Assembly: GCA_963716725.1 (NCBI GenBank) | Contig: CAVQUB010000011.1 | Span: 320,001 to 384,000, forward strand | Direction: 5' to 3' | Length of the DNA: 64,000 bases | Source: an uncultured delta proteobacterium | GTDB lineage: Bacteria; Myxococcota_A; Polyangia; Polyangiales; Polyangiaceae | Part shown: one piece after another, positions 49,031 to 57,782 of the stretch | How the letters are laid out: every line of letters begins with the position of its first letter | How positions within the stretch are numbered: the stretch's first letter is position 1 | Position numbers and translations under genes: made by a program | The notes under the pieces: generated by a model | Database searches by the model: none | What the model was told of the DNA's origin: nothing | What the model saw: the letters and a program-made list of their open reading frames with translations, nothing else

Positions 49031-49177
49031 GTGAGTGTCCGCCACCTATCCGTCGTCGCCCTGACCCTGCTCACCCTGACCGCGGTGCTCCTCTCCGGGT
49101 GTCCGGGCGCACTAGAGGATCCAGATCGCTTCGACGACCCCGACGCTTCGACCTCGGACGCCGGGAGTGACAGTTGA
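49031..49177 (+). CDS. unannotated 48-aa small lipoprotein
   Basis: manual translation MSVRHLSVVALTLLTLTAVLLSGCPGALEDPDRFDDPDASTSDAGSDS*; lipobox LSGC; TGATG coupling to the next gene. Confidence 0.65.
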   Translation: MSVRHLSVVALTLLTLTAVLLSGCPGALEDPDRFDDPDASTSDAGSDS

Positions 49178-50811
49178 TGCGATGGCTCTGGACGCTGCTT
49201 GCGGCGGTGGTCGCGGTGGTGTGCACACCAACCGCTGCGCACGCCGGTGACGCCGTCCGGGTCGTGGTGCGGGACGTGTCCGGCGACGGAGCGCCCAGCG
49301 CGCGCAACGCTTTGGTGCGCATGCTGGCCGCGGAGGCCGATGTGCACGTCGTGAGCCGCGCGTACTTCTCGAAGGTGGCTGCTCGCCTGGACCTATCGCC
49401 GAAGGACGCGAGCGCACAGAAGCGTCTCCAGCGGGCCCTCAGTGTGGCGGCGGTGATCCACGGCGACGTGACGGAGTCCGACGCCGGCGTCACGCTCAGC
49501 GTGAAGTTTCGCGGCGCCGGCACCGACGTGGTCGAGTCTCAGGAGATCTCGGCAACGACCCGCCGCGAGCTCGCGAAGAAAATCGAGGCCGAGGGCTGGG
49601 AGCTGCTCGGTCCCTCCATCCGCGACGCCGCGGTGCCCAAGCCGACGCAGAAGCGCCTGGTCCTACTCGAGGTCTCCGGCGCCAAGTCCGGCGCCGTCCG
49701 CGCCGCCATCGAGAAGGCCTTCGAGAAGAGCGAATCCCTGCTGCTCGTGCCGGAGTCGGAGGCGGCCGATGCCAAGCCCTCCGAGGCCCGAAAACCCAAG
49801 GAGCGCGCCCTGGTGGCGGCGGCGTTGGGAGCCACTGCGCTTCTGAGCGCGGAAGTCCAAGGCGCTCGCCCGATGAAGCTCAAGGTGGTCGTGCTGAACG
49901 GCAAGAACGCCGACGAACTCGGGGACCTCGAGCTGAAGGGCGCGACGGCGGCGTTGCTCGCGCGCTCTATTTCGGCGCAGCTCGCGAAGATGGTCGGCCC
50001 CATCGTCGAGGGGGCCGAGCCACCGATCCCGCCGCGAGAAGAGCCGGAGGACGAGCCCGAGGACGAAGCGCCACCTGCCGCCAAGCCCAGCTCGCGCCCC
50101 TCACCGCTCGAGGCGACGCTCGCCTTCGGCATCGGCACCCGGAACTACCGCTACAGCGACGATCTCTTCAGCGCCCTGCGCGCGTACAAGATGGGACCGA
50201 CGCCGCTGGCATCCCTCGCCACGCGTTGGTATCCGGCCGCCCATTTCACGGGGGGAGCCGCCGCTCACGTCGGCATCGCGGCCTCATTCGAACAGGCGTT
50301 CTTGATCGAAAGCCGAGCCAACGGCGAGAGCTACGACACCAGCGCGCGGCAGTGGCTCTTGGGCCTGCACGGTCGCCTGCCCCTCGACTCCCTCGAGCTC
50401 GGCGCCGACATCGGGCTCGGCAATCACAGCTTCGAGGTGGACGACGATCCGGCTCGGCCCTTGGTCCCGGACGTGTCGTACCAGTTCGTGCGCCTTGGCA
50501 TCGACGCGCGCTACCGCACGTCGAGCTGGCTCCTGGCGGGCGCCATCGGCTACCGCCACGTCACCGACGCCGGAGCGATCTCCACCGACGAGTGGTTCCC
50601 TCGCCTGAGCGTCGCAGGCCTCGACGCCGGCGCGCACGTCGGGTTGGGGGTCAGCGAAGGCTTGCACCTGCTCGTCGGAGTTCTCTATCGACGCTACGGG
50701 TTCAGCATGAACCCCGAGCCCGGCGATCCTCATGTCGCCGGCGGCGCCCTCGACAGCTACATCAGCGGCTGGGCCGGCGTCGGTGGGGAGCTCCCGGGCA
50801 AAGGGCCGTGA
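49177..50811 (+). CDS. secreted protein with two alpha/beta domains and C-terminal beta-barrel-like region
   Basis: signal peptide ending AHA; alternating beta-strand pattern in the C-terminal half. Confidence 0.7.
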   Translation: MRWLWTLLAAVVAVVCTPTAAHAGDAVRVVVRDVSGDGAPSARNALVRMLAAEADVHVVSRAYFSKVAARLDLSPKDASAQKRLQRALSVAAVIHGDVTESDAGVTLSVKFRGAGTDVVESQEISATTRRELAKKIEAEGWELLGPSIRDAAVPKPTQKRLVLLEVSGAKSGAVRAAIEKAFEKSESLLLVPESEAADAKPSEARKPKERALVAAALGATALLSAEVQGARPMKLKVVVLNGKNADELGDLELKGATAALLARSISAQLAKMVGPIVEGAEPPIPPREEPEDEPEDEAPPAAKPSSRPSPLEATLAFGIGTRNYRYSDDLFSALRAYKMGPTPLASLATRWYPAAHFTGGAAAHVGIAASFEQAFLIESRANGESYDTSARQWLLGLHGRLPLDSLELGADIGLGNHSFEVDDDPARPLVPDVSYQFVRLGIDARYRTSSWLLAGAIGYRHVTDAGAISTDEWFPRLSVAGLDAGAHVGLGVSEGLHLLVGVLYRRYGFSMNPEPGDPHVAGGALDSYISGWAGVGGELPGKGP

Positions 50812-51716
50812 GCCACCCGCAGACGAGCTCCGGCCGCGGTCGGGCCTTGGTGATCCTCGCGGCCCTGTGTTTCTCCACCGGCGGCGCCGCCATCAAGGCC
50901 ACGGCGCTCTCGAGCTTTCAGGTGGCGAGCTTCCGCTCGGGAGTGGCCGCTCTGGCGATGCTCCTGCTCGTGCCCGCCGCGCGCGCACGCTGGACCTGGC
51001 GAGCGCTGGCCGTCGGGCTCGCCTACGCGACCACGATGGTGCTCTTCGTGAGCGCCAACAAATTGACCACTGCAGCGAACACCATCTTCCTGCAGTCGTC
51101 GGCGCCGCTCTACGTGCTCCTGCTCTCCGTGCTCGTGCTGCGCGAGGGGGTCGGCCGCAAAGATCTCCTGTACATGTTGGTCCTCGCCGGCGGACTCGCG
51201 CTCTTCTTCGTGGGCGTGCGTGCGCCGGACGAGCTGGCGCCCAATCCCCTGCTCGGCAACGTGCTGGCCACGACGGCCGGCGTGTCTTGGGCACTGACCG
51301 TGTTCGGGCTGCGTTGGATCGAGCAGCGGGAACCAGAGCGCGGCGGCTCCCGCGCTGTGTTGGCCGGCAACCTGATCGCGTTCACGGCGTGTCTGCCTTG
51401 GGCGCTGCCCGTCGGCTCCGCCACGCCGAAGGACTTCTGGGTCATCGTTTACCTGGGCTTGATCCAGATTGGGCTCGCCTACGTGCTCTTGATGCGCGCA
51501 GTGCAGACCGTTCCCGCGCTCGAAGCGTCGCTGCTGCTCTTGGTCGAGCCGGTCCTCTCGCCGATTTGGGCCTGGCTAGCGCACGGCGAGATCCCCGGTG
51601 TCTGGGCCATGGTCGGCGGCGCGGTGATCCTCGGAGCCACGACGGCGCGCACCACCGTCGATTTCCTGGGCGCACGGCGCCTGCGCCGAATCGCGCGCGG
51701 CTCTCACCAGGCATAG
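50808..51716 (+). CDS. DMT/EamA family transporter
   Basis: ~10 TM; FSTGG..IK, NKLTTAANTIFLQ, EASLLLLVEPVL. Confidence 0.88.
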   Translation: MSHPQTSSGRGRALVILAALCFSTGGAAIKATALSSFQVASFRSGVAALAMLLLVPAARARWTWRALAVGLAYATTMVLFVSANKLTTAANTIFLQSSAPLYVLLLSVLVLREGVGRKDLLYMLVLAGGLALFFVGVRAPDELAPNPLLGNVLATTAGVSWALTVFGLRWIEQREPERGGSRAVLAGNLIAFTACLPWALPVGSATPKDFWVIVYLGLIQIGLAYVLLMRAVQTVPALEASLLLLVEPVLSPIWAWLAHGEIPGVWAMVGGAVILGATTARTTVDFLGARRLRRIARGSHQA

Positions 51717-52795
51717 GTCGCCGAGAGGGTCACCGGCATGACCCAGCGCGAGTAGGACTCGGGCTTTTCCTCGCCGGAACCCTCGTAGCCGTACCACTTG
51801 GGCTTCACGGAATAGAATGGTGCGTCGGCGCGCAGCCCGACGATCATGCGGGACGAGTGCAGGCGCATGAGCTCGACGCCGACCTCCCCGAAGACGCCGA
51901 GCCCCGACCCCGACATCGATGCCCCACTCGAGTCGTCGTCTGTCTCGATCTCGATGTAGCCGATCCCGAGCCCACCGCCCACGAAGAGCGAGGTGTCGGT
52001 GGGCGAGAGGAAGTACCGCCCACCGACGTTGGCGCTGGCGGTCCGCACGGACTTCTCGCCGGCTTCGAAGCTGCTGCGCAGCGAGAACCCGAAGCCGTAG
52101 CTCGGAGTCTCGTAGTAGCCCATGAACTCGACTCCGGGGCTCATCCAGCGCTTCTCGGTGGGGGCGCTGGCACCCAGGATGCCGAGGCCCCACAAGAACT
52201 CGCCCTGCTTCTTCTCATATTTGCGCGTCTCCTCCCCGATCAGGTTGTCGACCTGCTGCGTGCTCTCCAGCGATTGATCGAGGACGATGGCGCGGGCGAT
52301 GCGCGGCGCGATGACGGTCACCTGCTCGACGCCGTTCACGGTGATGCGGCGTGATCGCTTCACGGTGCCCAAGGGCGCTTCGAAGGTGATCCGTACGACG
52401 AGCTGCGAACCGAGCCGGTCGAAGTGCACGCGGTACGCATTTGCGCTGGGCGTACCGGCGCTGACCAGCGCGACGCCCTGAGCTCGGATCTCGTCGCACA
52501 CGATCTGACCAGCCGTTGCCGCGGAAGCCGCGTCGAGCCCGTTGTTGAAGGTGAGGCAGGTCGTGCCGCTGACCCCGGCGGGTGGAGTGGGTGGAGTCGA
52601 TGGAACCGCCGCGGCTGCGGGCTCGGCAGACGGCGCGGGCTCGGCAGACGGCGCGGGCTCGGCAGACGGCGCGGGCTCGGCAGACGGAGTCGAGTCGGCG
52701 TCGTCGGCGAGCGCGCCGGCGGAGAGCGCGGTGGCGGCAAGGAAGAGCGTCGCAAGAATCGAAATGCGATGGGCGTCGGAGGGCTTCATGAGCAC
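51704..52795 (-). CDS. outer-membrane beta-barrel-like secreted protein with PSAEPA repeats
   Basis: signal peptide; 18-bp repeat x4 at ~52620-52690; C-terminal TYAW. Confidence 0.7.
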   Translation of the reverse strand: MLMKPSDAHRISILATLFLAATALSAGALADDADSTPSAEPAPSAEPAPSAEPAPSAEPAAAAVPSTPPTPPAGVSGTTCLTFNNGLDAASAATAGQIVCDEIRAQGVALVSAGTPSANAYRVHFDRLGSQLVVRITFEAPLGTVKRSRRITVNGVEQVTVIAPRIARAIVLDQSLESTQQVDNLIGEETRKYEKKQGEFLWGLGILGASAPTEKRWMSPGVEFMGYYETPSYGFGFSLRSSFEAGEKSVRTASANVGGRYFLSPTDTSLFVGGGLGIGYIEIETDDDSSGASMSGSGLGVFGEVGVELMRLHSSRMIVGLRADAPFYSVKPKWYGYEGSGEEKPESYSRWVMPVTLSATYAW

Positions 52796-53042
52796 CCCAA
52801 GAGCACCCGGCGTGCCGCAGTTCCTGCGAAGGGCGCGACACGCAGCCAGCCCAGCAGTTCCTCAGAGGTTCAACCTCTTTCTGGCGGATGGCTCCGTAAA
52901 TGCCGCACGCAGCTGTGAATATGGCGCCACATTCCCTGTAGTGGTTCAACCACTCAAGTGTGCTCTGCGACCACGTCGGGGCCCCCTCGAGCCCGCGCCA
53001 CCTCCGTCGGGGAGCGGGCACCCCCGTCGGACCTCTCTGACC

Positions 53043-53402
53043 TCAGAGGCTGCGGATCTTCGAGATCGCGGCCGCGACGGCTTGATGGGTGGCGCCCGCG
53101 CTCCCGTCCTCGAGCGCCGCCGAAAGCAGGCGCGTCAGCTGCTGGGTCGTTCCATCGTGCTCGTACTTCACGGTGACCTCGTAGTCCCCGTACGCAGTGA
53201 TGGGCTCTTCGAAGTCCGGGATGCGCGCCGGAACGGTGCGGACCGACCGATGGTAGGTCGGGTGCAAGAGGTAGGTCACCCGCTGAACGCCCTTGGGGAT
53301 TTCGGTCAGCTTCAACGCGATCGAGAAGTGCTCGACGCTGCCGTCCGAAATGCTCAGCGGCTTCCCCTGCTCATCTGCGTTGAATTCGGCGACGAATTTC
53401 AT
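53043..53402 (-). CDS. prokaryotic YEATS-like domain protein
   Basis: VQRVTYLLHPTY...F......AYGDYEVTVK matches the YEATS V.Y.LHPTF...WG.F pattern. Confidence 0.75.
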   Translation of the reverse strand: MKFVAEFNADEQGKPLSISDGSVEHFSIALKLTEIPKGVQRVTYLLHPTYHRSVRTVPARIPDFEEPITAYGDYEVTVKYEHDGTTQQLTRLLSAALEDGSAGATHQAVAAAISKIRSL

Positions 53403-53968
53403 CCCGGTCCCCCGCTGTCGCTGCGTCCAATCTCATCCCGCCACAAGTCTTTGAAGCGAGCCACGAGCGCCTTGGCTTGCGCCTTGGCCTCCAAGTGAAT
53501 GTCAGGGCCGTTCGGGTTCACGAAGAAACCGCCTCGATGCAACCGCAGCGCTTCTTCGATACGCGGCCCCAGAGCAACCAGCGCTCTGGGCGGGTATTCG
53601 TCCTGGCGCAAGATCCCGTGCAACTCGTCTTCGAACGAGCGAAAGGCAACCGAGCACGACTCGCCAAGCGTCATGCGTTCCGCAACCTTGTACTTCTTCA
53701 TGCACACGACGAAGAGCGTCCACGCCAGAGCCAACGCAATGGTCGTGACGTCGGTCGTGGTCCACACGGCCTCCTTGCCGGATATCTGGAGAAAGAGGCT
53801 GTTCGTCGTGATGCCCCAAGCCACGGCCACCGACGCCAACTCGGCCACGAAGAAATGCGTCGTGGCCGCCACTCGCCAGATCTTGGGCGCGGGCTTCTTC
53901 GACGCGAGAATGCTCGGCAGCAGCCTCAGCAGCTGCCTATGAACTTCCTTTTCGACGAGCGTACTCAT
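53399..53968 (-). CDS. 2-TM helical protein (SLATT-like)
   Basis: two hydrophobic helices followed by an amphipathic helical tail; ATGA-coupled to the YEATS gene. Confidence 0.55.
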   Translation of the reverse strand: MSTLVEKEVHRQLLRLLPSILASKKPAPKIWRVAATTHFFVAELASVAVAWGITTNSLFLQISGKEAVWTTTDVTTIALALAWTLFVVCMKKYKVAERMTLGESCSVAFRSFEDELHGILRQDEYPPRALVALGPRIEEALRLHRGGFFVNPNGPDIHLEAKAQAKALVARFKDLWRDEIGRSDSGGPG

Positions 53969-54128
53969 GGCCAGCCCCCGGGTTGTGCTTGGCGGCGCGA
54001 GACTACGGATCCTCGCGCCCCCATTCAAGCACCCCAGTCGCGCCCCCCGCTCGGTGATCGGAAGCACCCGCAGGCGGCGAGGCCGTCCGCGCGCCGCATC
54101 ACACCAAGAACACCAAGAACCAATCCAG

Positions 54129-54200
54129 AGCCAGCTTCGAGACTTGAACTCGAGACCTGCGGTTTACGAAACCGCTGCTCTACCACTGAGCTAAGCTGGC
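54129..54200 (-). tRNA. tRNA-Thr (anticodon CGT)
   Basis: GCCAGCTTAGCTCAGTGGTAGAGCAGCGGTTTCGTAAACCGCAGGTCTCGAGTTCAAGTCTCGAAGCTGGCT; full cloverleaf; CCA not encoded. Confidence 0.96.
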
Positions 54201-54257
54201 GACCCTTTCGGGGCGCGGGACAAAACACCACGCTTCCGGTCGAGTCAAGAGCACCCC

Positions 54258-55427
54258 ATGACGCCGCCCCTCGGGTTTCGTTTCGCCGCCGTTTCCGCCG
54301 GGATCCGCAAGGACGGCCGCATCGACCTCGCGCTGGCGACGAGCGATGGTCCCGCGGTCGCGGCGGGTGTCTTCACACGAAACCTGGTCAAGGCCGCACC
54401 GGTCGAGATCGCCGCGCAGCGAGTCGCGACGGGCACGGCGCGCGCGATCCTGGTCAACGCCGGCTGCGCCAACGCTTGCACCGGGCAAGCAGGCGACGCA
54501 GCGACCGTCGCTTCGACGGCGGCCGTCGCGGACGCGCTGGGCGTCCCCATGGATACAGTGTTGCCAGCGTCCACCGGCGTGATCGGCGCGCTCTTGCCCG
54601 CGGACAAGATCGTGCGGCAGTCCCGAGCGCTCGTCGACGGCCTCGCAGTGGATGGCTGGGATGCGTTCTCCCGAGCCATCCTCACCACGGATCGCTGGCC
54701 GAAAGTAGCGAGCGCCGCGCTGACGGGCGGGGCGTCGGTGCTCGGCATTGCCAAGGGCGCGGGCATGATCCACCCGGATCTCGGCCCGCCGCAGGCGACC
54801 ATGCTCGCATTTCTGTTCACCGACGCCGTCGTCGATCGCGCGGCGCTCGAGCGAGCGCTCGGCGCGGCCGTGGACGAAAGCTTCAACTCGGCGACCGTCG
54901 ACGGGGACACCAGCACCAACGACACCGTGATCGCGCTGGCCTCCGGCAAGAGCGGTCAGCGCGTGACCGAGTCCGACCTGACCGGTGCGCTAACCGAGGT
55001 CTGCGTCGCGTTGGCGCGTTCCATGGTCTCCGACGGCGAAGGCGCCAACCACATCGCGGAGATCGTGGTCACCGGCTTGCCGGACCACGCGGGCGCGCGG
55101 ACCGTGGCGCGGACCGTCGCGACCTCGCTCCTGGTCAAGACCGCGCTCTTCGGTCGGGACGCCAACTGGGGTCGGATCTTGGCGGCGGCCGGGCGCGCCG
55201 GCGTTCCCTTCGATCCAAGGCGCGCGGCGATCCGGGTGAACGACGTCGAGATCGTTCGTGGCGGAATCACGTTGGGCCCGGAGGCCGAAGCCCGCGCAGC
55301 AAGGATTTTCGCGGAGCCGAGCTACACCGTCTTCCTGGACCTCGGCGACGGCGTCGGGCGCGCGCGCTACTTCACCTCGGATCTCGGTCACGGCTACGTC
55401 GACGTGAACGCCGGCTACCGCTCGTGA
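54258..55427 (+). CDS. argJ: bifunctional ornithine acetyltransferase / N-acetylglutamate synthase
   Basis: AGVFTRN, VNAGCANACTG, STGVIG, AKGAGMIHP, ATML, DGDTSTND, DGEGA, DANWGRI. Confidence 0.96.
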   Translation: MTPPLGFRFAAVSAGIRKDGRIDLALATSDGPAVAAGVFTRNLVKAAPVEIAAQRVATGTARAILVNAGCANACTGQAGDAATVASTAAVADALGVPMDTVLPASTGVIGALLPADKIVRQSRALVDGLAVDGWDAFSRAILTTDRWPKVASAALTGGASVLGIAKGAGMIHPDLGPPQATMLAFLFTDAVVDRAALERALGAAVDESFNSATVDGDTSTNDTVIALASGKSGQRVTESDLTGALTEVCVALARSMVSDGEGANHIAEIVVTGLPDHAGARTVARTVATSLLVKTALFGRDANWGRILAAAGRAGVPFDPRRAAIRVNDVEIVRGGITLGPEAEARAARIFAEPSYTVFLDLGDGVGRARYFTSDLGHGYVDVNAGYRS

Positions 55428-55858
55428 CTCGCATCCCCGCCTTCCTCCGCGCATCTGCATCTGCATCTGCATCTGCATCTGCATCTGCACTCACATTCAC
55501 ATTTGCATTCGCATTCGCACTCGCCTTGCTGGGCGCATTCGCGCTCACCGCCGTCGGCTGCGCCGCGACCCAAGGCACGGTCGGCGCAGTGCTCGCGCAG
55601 CAGACCGACGGGCGCCTGATCGTGCACGAAGTGCCCCAGGGGCTGGCCGCTGCCAAGGCAGGCCTGCAGCCGGGCGACGAGATCTTGCTTGTCGACGGCA
55701 TCGACGTCCGGCGCCTCGACGACAAGTCGCTGCACCGCACTCTCGCCGGCGAGGTCGGCTCGCCCGTGAAGCTGACGGTGGTACGTGGCGAAGAGGTGCT
55801 TCACGTCACGCTGAAGCGCACCCCCGCAAAGAAGCGCCCCCGCCCCACGTCGCCCTGA
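55424..55858 (+). CDS. PDZ-domain lipoprotein
   Basis: lipobox AVGC; AAKAGLQPGDEILLVDG, GEVGSPVKLTVVR. Confidence 0.75.
   Translation: MTRIPAFLRASASASASASASALTFTFAFAFALALLGAFALTAVGCAATQGTVGAVLAQQTDGRLIVHEVPQGLAAAKAGLQPGDEILLVDGIDVRRLDDKSLHRTLAGEVGSPVKLTVVRGEEVLHVTLKRTPAKKRPRPTSP
55451..55523. repeat. hexamer tract (GCATCT)6 followed by degenerate GCA(C/T)TC units
   Basis: directly visible. Confidence 0.9.
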
Positions 55859-55877
55859 CGCCCACACCCAACCTCGA

Positions 55878-56035
55878 CCCAAAGGCGCAGAGCGCGCAGA
55901 GCACGCGGAGCACGCAGAGGTTTTCTTGCTCGGAAGTCAGAGGCAGAACACCCACCCGCACCCGACCCCGACCCCGACCCCAAAGGCGCGGAGAACGCAG
56001 AGAACGCAGAGAACGCGGGGATTTTCTTGCTCGGA
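55878..56035. repeat. two direct repeats ~101 bp apart built from 9-mer (ACGCAGAGA-like) units ending TTTTCTTGCTCGGA
   Basis: AAAGGCGCAGAGCGCGCAGAGCACGCGGAGCACGCAGAGGTTTTCTTGCTCGGA and AAAGGCGCGGAGAACGCAGAGAACGCAGAGAACGCGGGGATTTTCTTGCTCGGA. Confidence 0.85.
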
Positions 56036-56051
56036 TTCAGCCCTCCAACCC

Positions 56052-56408
56052 CTACCGAATGAGCCCCGTGAGCAGCGCGACGACGCGATTCCCAATCGCG
56101 ACGCACCTCGCGGCATCCTCCGCCGAGGCATCGCCGGTCAGCGCCGCGATCTCGACGGCAGCGACGGCCTCCACCGCCTCGCCCCGCGCGATGGCAAACG
56201 CCCGCGCCTTGTCTCGACGGGTGACCCGACCTGCGCCCTCAGCGCAGTTGAGGCAAGTGCTCTTCGCAGCGCGGGTCGCCTCGTCGCGCAGCTTCGCGTC
56301 GCGCACGTCGGCCGTTCGCACGGCGAGCAGAATCTCGACCGCGACCTGGTAGGCGACGAGTTTGTGATGGGGCAGTAGGAAGCGGGGCGGAGTGTTGCGG
56401 TCGGTCAT
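56052..56408 (-). CDS. four helix bundle protein (23S rRNA IVP / bAvd-like family)
   Basis: [47 protein letters not shown]. Confidence 0.88.
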   Translation of the reverse strand: MTDRNTPPRFLLPHHKLVAYQVAVEILLAVRTADVRDAKLRDEATRAAKSTCLNCAEGAGRVTRRDKARAFAIARGEAVEAVAAVEIAALTGDASAEDAARCVAIGNRVVALLTGLIR

Positions 56409-56507
56409 GCCCCCCTCCGCGCAGGAAGCGTGACGCCGCGCTCCGCGGCGGCGCGTTTCGTGCGCGTTCTCCGCAGGACCGGCCGCAACGCGCAGCCCCC
56501 CGCACGC

Positions 56508-56715
56508 CACTCACACTCGCACTCGCACTCGCACTCGCACTCGCACTCGCACCCGACCCCGCACCCGCACCCGACCCCGACCCCGACCCCGCACCCGACC
56601 CCAACCCCGACCCCGACCCCGACCCCGACCCCGCACCCGCACCCGACCCCGACCCCGACCTCGACCCCGACCCCGACCCCGCACCCGCACCCGACCCCGA
56701 CCCCGCACCCGACCC
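56508..56715. repeat. ~208-bp hexamer tract (GCACTC)n then (CCGACC/GCACCC)n
   Basis: directly visible; abuts the stop codon of the upstream hydrolase gene. Confidence 0.95.
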
Positions 56716-57729
56716 TCAAGGCAGCGCGCTCAAGAACCGATCGATCCGCTTGGTGATCTCGCCCAGGTGCAACGGAAAGGTCATGTGCCCCCCTTCGATC
56801 CACAGCACGTGCGGCTCGCCCCACGCTCGCCACTGCGCTTCGGCCAGCTTCGCGTCGATGTAAACGTCCTCGCGAGCCTGAATCCACAGCTGGCGCTCCG
56901 GTGCGAGCACCGGCTGATAGCTCGACATCCCGAGGCGGCGGAAGAGATCCTTGCGCTGCTGGGCGTCCACACCCCAATTCTCCAGATCTTGCCTCATGCG
57001 CCACAGAATGGGCGCCTGCTCCACGGCGGACTCGAGCTCGAGGTGCGAGATGATGGGGACGATGAAATCCGGTAGCGGAGACAGACACGCGAGCAGCATG
57101 GTGATAGCGCCACCCAAGCTGATGCCCGTCACGCCAATCCGCGAGTAGCCCTGTCCTCTGAGCCACGCCATGACGGAGCGCGTGTCGCAGACGGCTTGCC
57201 GGACACCTTCCATCGAGCGCACGAGATCGGCGGTCCAGAAAAACTCTCCGCTGAAGAGGGCATCCCGCGGCTTGCGCGAACCGTGGAAGGGCAGCGCCAC
57301 GTGCACGATGTCGGTGTCGAGATCCCTGGCCCACTTGCGAAACAGCGTGGTCTCTTCGGCCCACGACCCGGGTTCGAGCCAGCCGTGAACGTAGAGGAGG
57401 CAAGTCTTGCGCGGCGCACCAGCCGGGCGGATCCAGCGCGCGTGGGCCGCAAGGTTGACGGCGTACTCGTTCAGATGACGCTCACGATAGCGAGGGCAAA
57501 TGACTTCGTGGGTGCTCGTCCACGAAAGCGACGACGTGCGCATCGCGCGATCGACAATCGAGCGCCGCATGCTCAAGTCTCGAATCGGCCCAGGTTCGGG
57601 GAACAGCTGGGAGGGCGGCAAGTCGAGGTAGGGCTGTAGGTAGCCGATGGTGTTCAGTTTGGCTCCACGAACGTGGAGCAGGCGGGAGAGGGCACCCGCC
57701 ACGCGGTCAGCGTTCTTTCCGTAACCCAT
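56716..57729 (-). CDS. alpha/beta hydrolase
   Basis: [25 protein letters not shown]. Confidence 0.85.
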   Translation of the reverse strand: MGYGKNADRVAGALSRLLHVRGAKLNTIGYLQPYLDLPPSQLFPEPGPIRDLSMRRSIVDRAMRTSSLSWTSTHEVICPRYRERHLNEYAVNLAAHARWIRPAGAPRKTCLLYVHGWLEPGSWAEETTLFRKWARDLDTDIVHVALPFHGSRKPRDALFSGEFFWTADLVRSMEGVRQAVCDTRSVMAWLRGQGYSRIGVTGISLGGAITMLLACLSPLPDFIVPIISHLELESAVEQAPILWRMRQDLENWGVDAQQRKDLFRRLGMSSYQPVLAPERQLWIQAREDVYIDAKLAEAQWRAWGEPHVLWIEGGHMTFPLHLGEITKRIDRFLSALP

Positions 57730-57782
57730 CGGGTCCGGGAGTATATCGGCGGCCGGACCAGGAGTGCTAGCGTGCGTGCACC

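Noticed and set aside
52796..53042. att-like duplication of the tRNA-Thr 3' end bounding the YEATS cassette
   Set aside because: Only a short AGCCAGC match is visible and there is no integrase, so an integrative element cannot be supported
53477..55858. 793-aa plus-strand ORF
   Set aside because: Spans the tRNA and argJ out of frame; only the terminal PDZ lipoprotein part is credible
55860..56715. CRISPR array or diversity-generating retroelement
   Set aside because: No constant repeat with unique spacers, no cas genes, no reverse transcriptase, no TR/VR pair
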